Below are positions 41,905 to 54,084 of a stretch of DNA of 64,000 nucleotides, piece after piece. Both the position numbers and the translations under genes were made by a program. This stretch comes from Octopus bimaculoides (taxonomy: Eukaryota): the NCBI RefSeq assembly GCF_001194135.2, contig NC_068997.1, positions 56,561,578 through 56,625,577 of the forward strand. Reading direction: 5' to 3'. The first letter of the stretch is position 1, and every line of letters begins with the position of its first letter. The notes under the pieces were generated by a model. That model saw nothing but the letters and a program-made list of their open reading frames with translations, had not been told where the DNA came from and did no database searches.

Positions 41905-42240
41905 GGGTAAAGACACGCTTCGGTCGTGAATGACTGTGGGATTGCACCTAGGAAGTTACCCTCCGAGGCACAAGCCCGGGCAAGGTTGTTTATGGAAGAC
42001 CAGCAGTCACCCGTGCATACCAGTCTTTCCTCTCCACACCATTGATGTTATCCAAGGGAAAGGCAAAGGGGCCGATACAGTTTGGCACCAGTGATGTTGC
42101 AACTCATTTCTACAGCTGAGTGAACTGGAGCAACACAAAATAAAGTGTCTTGCTCAAGAGTACAACACACAGCTCAACACGCGAAATCGTTACCTCATGA
42201 TTGTAAACCCGACGCTCAAACCAGTGAGCCATGTGCCTTC
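41905..42240 (-). mobile_element. Ceph-domain-type tRNA SINE
   Basis: Minus strand: GAAGGCACATGGCTCACTGGTTTGAGCGTCGG head, CTTGAGCAAGACACTTTA, then TTTGCCTTTCCCTTGGATAAC...CTGGTCTTCCATAAACAACCTTGCCCGGGCTTGTGCC, a Ceph/RTE-derived domain as recalled. Confidence 0.68.
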
Positions 42241-43049
42241 ATTAAAAGACACAGTCCAGGGAAAATAAAGCTTTGGTGAAATGAAAACAGAAAAGTCACA
42301 GATGGAACGCTTTTGATCAACGGGCCGCTAAGTCAGGTCTAACCTGAGATTAAATAACGTAAGAGTTTCTTTTTAGTTCCTGAACCCGCCAGGGATAACA
42401 CCCAATCTCCCTCAAATCATATCCTAGTTTCTTGAAAATAAAAAGCGACATAATGTCGTTTTATAATGAGATGATGGATGGGGTGTCTTTGACTGGGTTC
42501 CCTACGTCAGGAATGACCAGGGAGAAGCAAGAAAAACAGTTTCAGTTTGAAATTGGGAACGTAAATAACGGGGAATGTTTTCCTAGAACAGAAACCAGGG
42601 ATGTAGAACCGATTCTGCATCGACAGTCCCGCTACCACCACCACCGCCGCCGCCAGACTTAGATCAAAATTCAATACAAAATGGAAATTCTTTATCAATT
42701 CAAATTTAAATTACATTTTTTCTCTTTCATTTAATTTCAATTTTAGTTTGAATTTCAATTTCAGATTCTGAAAATTAAAAAAAAAATAGAATTGACTTTG
42801 TATAGAAAAAAAAATCTCTTAGTTTTAGTAATTAGAAATTTTAAAGTGAGAAAAGGAAAACAGAATAAAAATGAAAATATAGCAGAACATCGATTCCCAT
42901 GTAACATTACGAAAAGGTACCCTCCCCTCGTCAAATATCATCTGGTACCCATCAATATTCTGTCTCCAGCCAGTGTTATGTATAATGTTATTGCTTCAAC
43001 AAGGCTTTTGTTAAACACAATGGTAAGATAATGGAATTAATGTTCATCT

Positions 43050-43470
43050 ATTATCGTTTAGTTAGGGAATGGACTCTACTAAAGGCATCGCAAGTCTCAG
43101 GTAATTGCGTTAAACGAGGCAATGGGTTAAGTTGCCCATCTATGTTGATTATTCCAGTCTTGAACAGGTAAACTTGATACACTTACCTGGTTCCGATGCC
43201 TTCTCTCTTGCAAAGGCTTGGTATCTGTTTAAAGGAAATTTCCTCTTACCAATATTGACATCCAGAAAAACACCAGGCTTTCTGATTGAGCCTTACCATA
43301 AAAGCCATTTTACCTTAGTCTCTGGTATGAATTTTAACCCATATCCTCATAACCGTCTCTCCATCCATCACAGAGATCCCATAAAGCCATTACACACATT
43401 ATCCTTTTCCTTCCTCCTACATGCACCACAATATCCTCCCATTTCTCGTTCGTCTCCTCATTAGCTCCTC
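43050..43470 (-). mobile_element. Very degenerate LINE RT fragment
   Basis: Fragments YGLKFIPETKV and LCKREGIGT resemble the GLRVN..KTK / CRKGVG motifs of RTE-X-like elements. Many stops. Confidence 0.3.
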
Positions 43471-43807
43471 TTTAGAATTTCCTTTCAGTGATCTGCAACA
43501 TATTGAATATTTCTAGTGGGTCGCTCTATAGATGGTTCCAGCTTCAAAGATTCCCTTCGCTGAATTCTTCTCACAACACACTTCAACCAAAGCCAAAAAT
43601 CGAACAAACTGACTGGCACAGAACATTGGAAACCTAAGACACCGCTTTTATGATAGTGACACTTGTTTACAACTATCACGCGATGTCAATGCAGTGACGG
43701 AGACACATACACCTGTGCACACGTATATACACGCACATATTTATATACGCACACGCTACATACGTACGTACATACCCATATATGTGCAAGTGTACCAGTG
43801 AGTATGT

Positions 43808-43967
43808 AGATAGGTGTTTCTTTCAGCTTCTGTCAACGAAATCCACTCACAAGCTGGCCTGTGGCTATATACCTCAAGACTTTTGCCCAAGGTACCATGC
43901 AGTGGATCTGAACCTGACAACGTGTGGTTTAGAAACCATGTCTTTATTCACACGATATAACTGCGTC
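43808..43967 (-). mobile_element. CORE-type tRNA SINE, degenerate
   Basis: Minus strand: CAGGTTCAGATCCACTGCATGGTACCTTGGGCAAAAGTCTT...CTTGTGAGTGGATTTCGTTGACAGAAGCTGAAAG. Confidence 0.62.
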
Positions 43968-45882
43968 TAAGGCAACGTTAATTGTATTGTGATTTGGACT
44001 CAGAATGCAGACATCCAGGACAACAAAAGCCATTCTATGTAACCCAGTAGTATTTCAATTCATACAACGTCCTTCCCATCTCTGCCACAGAAAGCTCCCC
44101 CCCCCCTACTGTAAGACACAGATTCTGATTAGTAGTTGTTGAAGAAATGTGTTTGTGGATAGTTCACAGGCTGGATGCATGCAGACGAAAGAGCAATAAT
44201 ACTCGAAATATGCACATACACATTTTTTCCTTTTTCGATCTCATTGTTTATGTAGACGTATTCGCATCCGAAAGATCGCAACTTTCAGAGTTGGCTCTAA
44301 TTTCTCTCTATATAAAACTGTACAAATAAACTTAAAAAGCGATAGATTCTGAATATTTCACATCTAAATATTGATAGTGAAATAGATTTATAGTCGTGTG
44401 TAAATCAATTCATTACAGGCAACTGTTTAATTAGGAAACGTTTATTTAGAAATTGGATTAGAACCTGTTGTCAGCCAGGTCAATTGAGGTTGTGTGCTTA
44501 ACTCATACTAAACAACGTGGGAATATCTAAGTGGTTATTTAAACTGCTATAAGAGAAACACAAACCAATACATTAACCATGTAATTATATTAAATACAGT
44601 TAAATGTTAATGTAGATTTCTATGTTTTGGGTGGGCAACAGGGTGGGAGAAGAGCAACAACTGAGACATACTAAAGTATGGCACGGAATAACAGAACATA
44701 CCTTTACACAACCATAAAATATAAACAACAACAGTAACAACAACAGCTGCAACAATAACTTATAAACAACAACAACAATAATAGTAATAATAATTCAAAG
44801 AAAAATATTAAATCTTTGAAGATAAGGGTGTAGTTGAAAGTATTGATTTACTAAGAGATGATTCATGTTTTTCGTATATTTTCCATTTTCTAGAAGATTC
44901 CGGAATGTGATATATTTATTTATGTATTTGTTTATATATTTATATGTTTATATATTTATATACGATATCAAAAACCTTATGTTTTATCGTATTTCTTTTT
45001 TTCTTATCTGTTGTTTATGGAGCAGCAGGGGTGGGGGTGCCTTTATCGTTATTGTGTTATATTCTGCTGTTTTATTTTATATATTCTATTTTGTCTTTTT
45101 TTTTGTTTGTTTTTTTTATTTATTCTTTCACTTTAAATTCCACTCAGCTTCAGATGTCTGAAATGATTGATAATAATCATCTCACTTCAACAAATATCAA
45201 AAATATACGACAACAACCATAACAAACAACAATAATTCATATATTAGCCACAAGGACCCACATATACGATACAAAGAAAGCAATAAATAGGGGTTCACAC
45301 AGTGTATAGGGACGTATAGTTAGGTTATAAATGCGAGATGAGGTAGAAAACATAAAAGCAGTTTATATAATATGGCAGTTTTATATTTGGAGAGACAAAT
45401 CAAATTCCAATATATACTATTAGTGTAACCCATCGATTGGGGTCCAACATCACAAAGATTGTAAACCCACAGCTGTCGATAGCCCTTTTGTGATCTTTTT
45501 TAGCCACGAATTGTTTAGGAGCCTCTGGTACACATCCACTACATAGACTCTTCAAAAGTCAAGGCAGCATTTGGTTGGTTCTATTTTAAAGCTATTCATT
45601 AAACTGTCTTCTGGACCACGGAAAATCCAGGAATTCCGTTGCAGTGGGCACTTCTTTGTAATCGTGTTCCAGCGTGTTGTTTGTATTCGTCGTTTACCTG
45701 GGATTATTATGCCTTACCTCTCTTCCAATTCTCCCATTCTTCAGTTTTAATTGACTCATCATCACAAGACAAAAAGAGGTCTATAGATTCTAGCAGATTC
45801 TGTGCTAGAGCGCAGTGGGCATGGATCCTTAGTTTCTTGGCCACCAATTGGTTTCTGGAATTGGTAACTGATATGTCTCGCG

Positions 45883-45979
45883 TTATGACGACGTATTTCG
45901 TCGTCTGCATGACTGGCCCGTACGGCGTACCTCGCCAACTGACCTTGCTTGCTGTGTCTGTCCACTATTCATCAGTAGT
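45883..45979 (+). repeat. 97-bp direct repeat, copy A
   Basis: 87/97 identical to 46500-46596 by manual alignment, no indels. Confidence 0.92.
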
Positions 45980-46090
45980 CTCACTTAAGCGTGTCCGCCA
46001 CATCTCCACCCCTTTGAAATTTTTCTTTCTTTCACACAACATCATTATTTTTTCCTCTTCAAGTAGTACAAGTCTGCATTGTTTACTGGG

Positions 46091-46263
46091 AGCGTTACTA
46101 ACACACAGCGACCTGACTTAAATCCTTCACATGGACTTATTATTATTGTTGTTGTTGTTGTTATTTCTTCCACGCAGAATTATTTTTTCCTTCCGAATAC
46201 CGCAGGTAGCGCTACTGACACGTAGCGACCTGACCAAAATTCTTCGAACGGATTCATATTATT
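46091..46263 (+). repeat. Second imperfect direct-repeat pair (46091-46144 / 46208-46263)
   Basis: AGCGTTACTAACACACAGCGACCTGAC.. versus AGCGCTACTGACACGTAGCGACCTGAC.. Confidence 0.7.
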
Positions 46264-46499
46264 TTTCGCTGTGTTAGTTCAGTTCTGTGCTAGTTCCAGT
46301 TTTATCAGACATCTTTTTATTCGGAATCTTTTTTCCATAGAATTTATATATTTTTCACTGTGTGTATGTTTCAAATTCTTCAAATTTTCCACTGTCTGTA
46401 GTTCTTCCATTTCGACACTCCTATGAGCGTTTCGTAACCTCGTTACCACTGTTATAACGACAGTGTGAGGGATCCTCGTCGCTACTGTCATTTCCCGTA

Positions 46500-46596
46500 T
46501 TATGACGACGTATTTCGTCGTCTGCGTGACTGACCCGTACAGCGTAACTCACCGACTGACCCTGCTGGCTGCGTCTGTCCACTATTTATCAGTAGT
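46500..46596 (+). repeat. 97-bp direct repeat, copy B
   Basis: See copy A. Confidence 0.92.
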
Positions 46597-48395
46597 GGAA
46601 CAGCTCACTTCTCACGCGCGGGTGTCCGCCACAACAGTAACAATGAGAAAAATAAACAATTTGAGTTGCTTCGGCCTCATCTATTTTCGCAGTTGTCACT
46701 GGTGGTGCTCTGGAAACAATAGCAGCATCAACCATAGAAGCCGAATGTTTCATTGGCTGAGAGGGCTGTCAGAATTTTAGGTTGACTTTTGTCTCGAAGA
46801 CAAAGACAAAGCCCCATGGATGGATGCATATGTCCAACGAATAGACAGAAAAAAGCTGGACGTTATTCTTTGACCTGCAAGAAATAGCAGCCAAATTATA
46901 CCCTACAGTCTAAGTAAATAAATAAAACCCATTAGATATTGTAGTGCTAGATTATACCAAAATATGAGACCGCCATGGCAAGATTATTTTTTGTCGTATG
47001 CTTTCTCAGAACTGACTGACCTAAAGATAAACAATAAAATCTACAGGAAAATTTTAAAAAAAGGATCAACAAATAATTGCAGCCACTGCAATACTACCAC
47101 CACCATCATCATCATCTTTATCCTTTAACATGCATCTTTAATGCTAGAATGCGTTGTATCTTGTTAATAAGTATTTGTGAGTTTGGGGGCATAATTGGTG
47201 GAATGAAGTTTGTCATATTCTGTGGTCTTTTTAACCGATGGTTGACCTACTAGATGTAGCAGCCTAATCCATTTTGTAATCCATTCCTGCTATTTAAAAA
47301 ATAAATGAAAGGTGAATTCGATAAATATGGTCCGAGCAACTCAATGTCAGCTGATAAGTAAGGATAGCTCAGGAAGGAAAGTCTTCCGTTAGAGATCTGC
47401 ACAGGCAGGACCTGAGTCGAACCAACAACGACAACGACGACTACTACTACTACTACTGCCGTTGCTGCTGCTGCTGAGGTTAAGACAGTTAGACCTATGT
47501 GGCAGCTGCATCTGCCAAAACAAGCAGCCAAATAACCTTCAGTAACGTAAGAGATTCATACACTGGAAAAAGCCAAATTCCATACAAGTTTCTAGGAAAT
47601 GAAAATGGAACACCTTGATATCATCCCCATATGCAGGTGTCTTATAAAGGAAAGACACACTGGATACAAAAACGACGGAATAAAAGGCTAGGTGGTCATA
47701 TCCGGAATGTTTTTCATCTATAGACCAAACTTGAGACCTAACAACAACAACAAGAGAGAGGAACATCTTTAAAGAATGCATCCCTAGAGACAGCGTTATA
47801 TCTTTAAATAATATGACTAGACTGTCGTGGGTGGACTGCCTTGGATCATAGTTGTGTTGTATCAAAGGCTGAAAGTGGTTGAGCACCAGTACAAACAACA
47901 AAAACACCAATGGAAGACATTGGACAAAGTAGTCGTCGATAGATTGTAGTTGAAGGAGAAAAAAATGAAACGATAGGGTTGGTGGTGGTGGTCATAGCTG
48001 GGACAGCTTTGATCATCGGTCTGTTAGATCCTGGCTGAACTGGGGAGACACAACAATAACTGCTACGCATTTTATTAAACCCTTACAAGGAAACAGATTT
48101 ATAATGATCGAATATTGATCAATGGCGGTCATAAAGTGAGCTATTTTGACATGTACACTCCATAAATATTGTCTTCACACTTTACTGGTGATGACAGGCG
48201 GAAATAAAAACAGAAACATTGTACAATGACAGAAAAGAAAAATAATCAAAACTCTCTCTTCCCCTCTCCCATCCCTCCCTCTCTCTCTCGATAAAAACTC
48301 GCACACACGTAGGATGCAAAGGTAAGCATTAAAAAGAACAACAAAGGGAGAACAAACTTTGACAAATATGGTATTCGCTTAACGCTTCATTGGGA

Positions 48396-48436
<41 letters not shown>

Positions 48437-48758
48437 TAGAGAAGAGAGAGAGAAAGAGAAAGGAGAGAGAAAGAAAAATGAAATATTGACGGAAAGAGAG
48501 AAAGAAAGAGTGTGAGGCATGAAGTGTAAGAATTTTAGATGGATAAATATATGTGTGTGTGTGACTATGAATATGCGTATGTATATACGTATATGTTTCT
48601 CTCTGTTTAAACGCTTTTAAAAACAAATGCATCAATAAAGCTCTGATGAAGCTCTAGACCATCGCTTGTAACAGAGACAAGGCACTGGTAGCTGAAAGAG
48701 ATCAAAACTAATATATGAATTACGTATCTCTAGTGCTTAGTCATTTATTAATTAACTG

Positions 48759-48789
<31 letters not shown>

Positions 48790-49327
48790 TATACATATAT
48801 ATACTGTGGAATAAATGGGTTAAATCCTAATATTGATATATGACAATAAGTTTTTCATTTTTATTTTTCATCCCATAACCATCACCATGCCTTATGAAGA
48901 CCCTTCACTGTCAATGAAAATCCGAATGTCTAAGATCGTAGAATAGAAGACAAATCGCAGGGGTATGGCTACATTATTACTCCATGTACGTGTGCTTGCA
49001 CCCTCTCAGGACTGCACAGGAAATATAAAAAGAAATGGCTGATACCATGACAAAAGCTGAAAACGGAATATTCTCTTGAACTGAAACTCTAAAATCTGTC
49101 TCGACATTGGAAAATGATGAGACGGGAATTAAGTAATTTCAATATTAATTATTTTCTCATTATCTTTTCTATTTCGTTCATACTCTCTCCTTTAATTTAG
49201 AAGGAAGTCAGTAAGCTGAATATATATATTTGTAGAAGAAAAGAATGTGTTTTGAATGGCACAACAATACACTATAATAACAACAATGGACTATAATAAC
49301 TTTATATACTTTAATCATCTATCGGCT

Positions 49328-49369
49328 GATATAATATTTCGGAATATAAAAATTCCTTCTTCAGATATC
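49328..49369 (-). ncRNA. Minimal type I hammerhead ribozyme (Penelope-type)
   Basis: Minus strand: GATAT-CTGAAGA-A-GGAAT-TTTTAT-ATTCC-GAAA-TA-TT-ATATC. Perfect 5-bp stems I and II, complete core, palindromic stem III AATATT, cleavage triplet AUU. Confidence 0.72.
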
Positions 49370-49790
49370 GTTAGAAATTGATCGAGGCACTGCTATAATC
49401 GGTTCTCCAAAGGTTTTTGTTTTTCTGGAAGCGTCTCTGCACTGGTCTCCCAAATCTCCTTCCGAAATTCCTCAAGAGAAGTGCGTGAGAGTGGCCCTGT
49501 CTCAAGCTCGTGTGTTCTGGCACATCCGTAACGCTGCTTCTAAGTTATGTATTATACGTGCAGTTTCCTTTTTTGTTTTCTAAATAATACATGAGCATGT
49601 TATCAAAAATGAACCTACACGCATCCAGATGTAGCTAAATAATATAATGTCTCCCAACCTCCAACCTGTTATTAATTTGGGGGCCTAGTCTGTCTATGAG
49701 GATTAGTTTCCTTAATTCATAGATTACCCAAATATCTTTCATTGGCCTCATTTGTGACTTATGCTTTTGTCGGTGCTCTGGCATCTGTCT
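49370..49790 (-). mobile_element. Probable Penelope-like GIY-YIG endonuclease relic
   Basis: Minus-strand fragments TLYYLATSGC, KRKLH and VPEH follow the order expected for a PLE GIY-YIG domain, directly 5' of the hammerhead. Many stops. Confidence 0.45.
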
Positions 49791-50451
49791 AGATGTTTTC
49801 TGAAGGAGGAGGCTCTCGTTTTCAGATGTTCTTTGATGCGGACGTGTAACGGTCTTGCTGTTGATGGTGGTGATGGTGACTCTGGTGCTTAGAAATGAAG
49901 ATGGTAATATTGGTGGTTATATAAATATAAAGCTTTGGTGGTAGCGATGGTGAAAGGGGGGGGGAGGCTATTCACAGCAGTGATTGCCATAATGCTAATG
50001 TTGTTGAGGTTGAGGTTGCTCGGAGTAGGGGGGGGGGCTCTGATTTGTTAGTATTGTCGGTGATGAAGCTGGCCATCTTATGCATAATGATGCTGACCCT
50101 CTTACAGATGATGCTAGCATTATTAGTGATATTGCACTGTTGAGGGTGTCAGCAATGGGGGAAAAAGACAAAGAGAATGTGATAGACTTTGTATTGTTAG
50201 TAATTTTGTTACTAGCAGTAGTCGTGGTGGTGGTATTGGAAGGAGAAGTGTAAATAGTGACATAAAGGTAGAGGGGTTAGTGGTGATAGTGCTGTAAGTC
50301 TCAGAGTAGAAATAAATCAGGTTAGCTATAAAAGATGAAGGAATCTATTTCTATCGCATTATTATATTTATGCTTTATATTCAATTGTAACGAGGTAAAT
50401 ACTGTAGACGTACATATGCAGACAACGGATACAGAATATATGTATATATAC

Positions 50452-50543
<92 letters not shown>

Positions 50544-51110
50544 TCACAAATAGATGTGTATGTGCTTGTGTATTTGTATACATATATACACACACAAACG
50601 CAATCATACACACGCGTAAATATATATGAAAATGCATCATATACTCATGAATATATGAAAAAATGACTAGAAAAAAATGTCAGTGTGTATGTATGCCATC
50701 GCTGACTATATATACATCTGTATCTACTGTATTTACATTGCTACAACTCAATATACATAGATATTACATGTGTGTGTGTGTGTGTGTGCATATATGCGCG
50801 CGCACATGTGTATGTGTATAGTTTGTCTGTAGTAGTTCTCTACTTATATACTTTTAAATTACCATTGCATTCATAATAATTTTTAAGCATTTAATGAGCA
50901 GCTAACTATAATTTTAAACACGCCGGCGTGTTAGCGTGTTTGTATTTACGCATCTTAATGCACACGGGTGGATCCCACCGCACCTAGGGCTAAGCTCAGC
51001 TTGCCTTGTCAATTTATAAGATTTCCGTTGTAATCATTCGCTTATTTCATTAACGATAAAAGTGAAAATTATAAATAATAAGCACACACGCAAAGATTAA
51101 TTTGAATGAA

Positions 51111-51157
51111 ATTCCGAAGACGGCTCAGATGACCAAACCTTCGAAGTCACTGCCAAT
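51111..51157 (+). repeat. Second copy of the 17249-17293 repeat (CCGAAGA core)
   Basis: ATTCCGAAGACGGCTCAGATGACCAAACCTTCGAAGTCACTGCCAATA. Confidence 0.4.
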
Positions 51158-51453
51158 ACTATTTTTTTTTAAAGAATAAGTTGCTACTCTACAAAAGAAT
51201 GGGGTAACCCAGATTTAATGTAAAAGTATTTTTATTATGACTAGACACAAAAAAAACATTAATTTACATGTGCGTGTGCGTGTGCGTGCGTGCGCGCGTG
51301 CGTGCGTGCGCGCGTGCGTGCGTGCGTGCGTGTGTGTGTGTGTGTGTTATAACGGAACATGAAATAAACATTAATATCTATCTATATACTCACACACACA
51401 CACACACACACGTTTGTGTATATATGAATCTATGTATTTATAAGTATAGATAT

Positions 51454-51486
<33 letters not shown>

Positions 51487-52673
51487 TTGCGTGTATACCT
51501 ATAAGCACATTTATGCATATGTGTGTGAATGTATGTCCTTATATATACGCTCGTACAAGCAGACCTACGCGAATAAAACTATAGGTTGTTGTCAGTAGTG
51601 TGGGGAAACCTCCAGGTAATACATGCATGACGTACATTTTCCTCGAAGGCACAGGTAATCGTCCTTGGATCCTTTGCTCAGTAGTGACACTTAAGTAAAG
51701 CATATATTTTAGTCTTTTGTGGTTAAAAGATTGCACGTATTCTTCTTCTGCATCTGTGTTTTTGTATGAGGTAATAAATCCCGGGTTTGAAGTGTTTCGA
51801 TGTCAATCTCACGGAGACGTAAGAGCTGTTATGTAATATATCGCCATCTATGGCATCTTTGGCAAACAGTTGTTGGTAGTAATGTAGCTACAGAGACTTG
51901 AGTTTTGTTGATTAGTGAACGAAACTTCTTTTAAGTTTACAGATATCATAAATATTCTAAATTACTGGCAAAGTTTAAGGAAAGAGGAACATGATTATTT
52001 GATTGAAATTTTGTTAAATTTTTTATATTTATTCTTTAAATAGAAAACGTTTTTTTTTTTCAAGGAGTTCAATTTGCTTTGAGTCACTCGCGTAACAGAT
52101 AAGGATGCAAACTGCAATATTGAAGCATTTGGATGTATTATGGAATATATTTACAATTAATTATATAAATATTAATGCCCAACTGTATATTAATGACATA
52201 TCTAATTATAGAAACAAAATATCCTGACTCGTGCATATGAAACAGTTAATTAAAATTTTGAATTATTTTCACTGTTTTCACTCTTTTCAGCTTGCTTAGA
52301 CTATAAACCAATGTACAAGACAGCAATTGCTCTCACAGATTTCTCTTTCCCCACAAATCTCTGATTATTTTTATGAATTTTCTTTGGAATATTTTTTACA
52401 TTTGACATGCGCGATTCTTTCCGTAATTTGTATATTAATCTCTGCATTATGTGTCTATGACGAACATCTCCCCTACCTTGTAACATTATGCCTTTATCAA
52501 ATGACACCCCCGCCTCCCATTCATTCTATTGTTTCCTCCTACACTATTCAATGTGTGCCTTTCATTGTCGCTGACTAATTCGTAATATATATATATATAT
52601 ATATATATATAGGTGGATAGAAAGATAGATATATAAATGTATCGAGGTAGGAAGGCAGATAAACACAGTTAGG

Positions 52674-52705
<32 letters not shown>

Positions 52706-53471
52706 GTATTACAAGTATATGTTATTTTGTATGTGCATATGCATGTGAGTGTACATTTTCATATCTATGTAAATGTATATAATTTCATTACTTTCTATGG
52801 TTAACAGTGGAGTAACATACACCCACATACACTCTCACATACACACACACTCACTCACAAGCATATATATATATATATATATATTAGCGTGCGTAAATAA
52901 AATACCATGCGACTAACTGTAAGTACACAGAAATACACACACACTGAAACATATACATGCATGTATTATTTAAAGCTGAAATTGCAAGATTTGCGACTAT
53001 TAGCTTCGTGGTTTACCAATTTCGAAACAATCAATAAATAAACGAAACAATTTTATATTTATATACGAATAAATTATTAAAAACATTGATTCAGCACGCT
53101 ACCAATATAAACCTTTTGATGTAAGATTATTATATCTTACATCTGTCAGTCGTTCCCTCACTAATCTTCATGATTTATGATGACAAAAATACCGTATATC
53201 GGATGCATGTTAGCAAAAGAAATTACTTTAGTTTTTTAGAGTGTGGATTATTATAGAACCTTTGTATTGAAACACGGAAACGTGGCAAGGATAAAAATGA
53301 AATTAATTCTAGAAATAATATCCATTCACAGCTGCAGAAATGCAGAAGACTTAAAGCCATTTTGGTCAATGTCCGGTACCTTCTCCATACAATTGCACGC
53401 ATTTTTAATCAATTATATAATAGATATACATTTCCCAAAACAACATGAAAATTCTAAGATATTTAATAGTA

Positions 53472-53695
53472 ATTATTTACATTTGACAGATATTTGTCCT
53501 CATCTTGTTTGTTGTTACCACAACGTTTCAGCTGATATACCCTCCAACCTTCATCAGATGTCTTGGGGGAAATTTCGAACCTTGGTTCTCATTCCTAAGA
53601 TATTTTTCGATGTTATTATTATTATTCAGGTCACTGCCTAGAATCGAACTCGGAATCTTGGAGTTAGTAACCCCCTGCTCTTAGCCACTACGCCA
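53472..53695 (-). mobile_element. tRNA-headed SINE-like element carrying a hammerhead motif (copy 2)
   Basis: A box TGGCGTAGTGG (53685-53695), B box GAGTTCGATTC (~53641-53651), (AAT)n spacer, hammerhead, TGTAAATAA tail. Colinear with 10871-11094. Confidence 0.8.
53516..53562 (-). ncRNA. Minimal hammerhead ribozyme motif within the SINE-like element
   Basis: GACAT-CTGATGA-A-GGTTG-GAGGGTATAT-CAGCT-GAAA-CG-TT-GTGGT. Full core, stem II with two G.U pairs, palindromic AACGTT stem III, GUU site. Stem I is only 3 bp in this copy. Confidence 0.6.
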
Positions 53696-53869
53696 TAATT
53701 CGCGCGGGCAATAATGGAGTGAATCTTAGGGTTTATTCATCTCATATTTTCTGATCCTTCTTTAACACTGGTTCCAATATGTTACTCGTACCTGCACTCT
53801 GCTTAGGAAGTTGTGTCCTAGCATATGTACCTTGGTAATTAATAATAGTCGTGATCCTGTAGATTAGTG

Positions 53870-54078
53870 GTCTCAAATGTTGGCACTAAGCGAGTAATTT
53901 CAGGGGAGGAGGTACGTTGCTAATATCACAGGACATAAGTGGTACTTATTTTATCGACCTAGAAAGGATGAAAGGCAAAGTCGATCTCGGTGGAATTTGA
54001 ACTCAGAGCGTAAAGACGGATGAAATGCTGCTAATCATTTTTCTCGGCGTGCTAATGATTCGGTCAGCTCGCTGCCTT
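53870..54078 (-). mobile_element. tRNA-derived SINE
   Basis: Minus strand: GGCAGCGAGCTGACCGAATCATTAGCACGCCGAG...GAGTTCAAATTCCACCGAGATCGACTTTGCCTTTCATCCTTTCTAGGTCGATAAAATAAGTACCAC. Confidence 0.75.
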
Positions 54079-54084
54079 AGGAAC

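Noticed and set aside
45883-46596. Direct repeats considered as a CRISPR-like array
   Set aside because: Only two long copies, ~520 bp apart, in a eukaryotic context with no cas genes.
47500-48000. Possible RTE RT relic
   Set aside because: Could not recover a diagnostic motif with confidence.
48648-48710. CTGATGA-AGCT...AGCT-GAAA
   Set aside because: No stem III/UH site or stem I pairing follows GAAA.
51840-51855. TCGCCATCTATGGC, CTCF-like motif
   Set aside because: A single short imperfect match is expected by chance in 64 kb.
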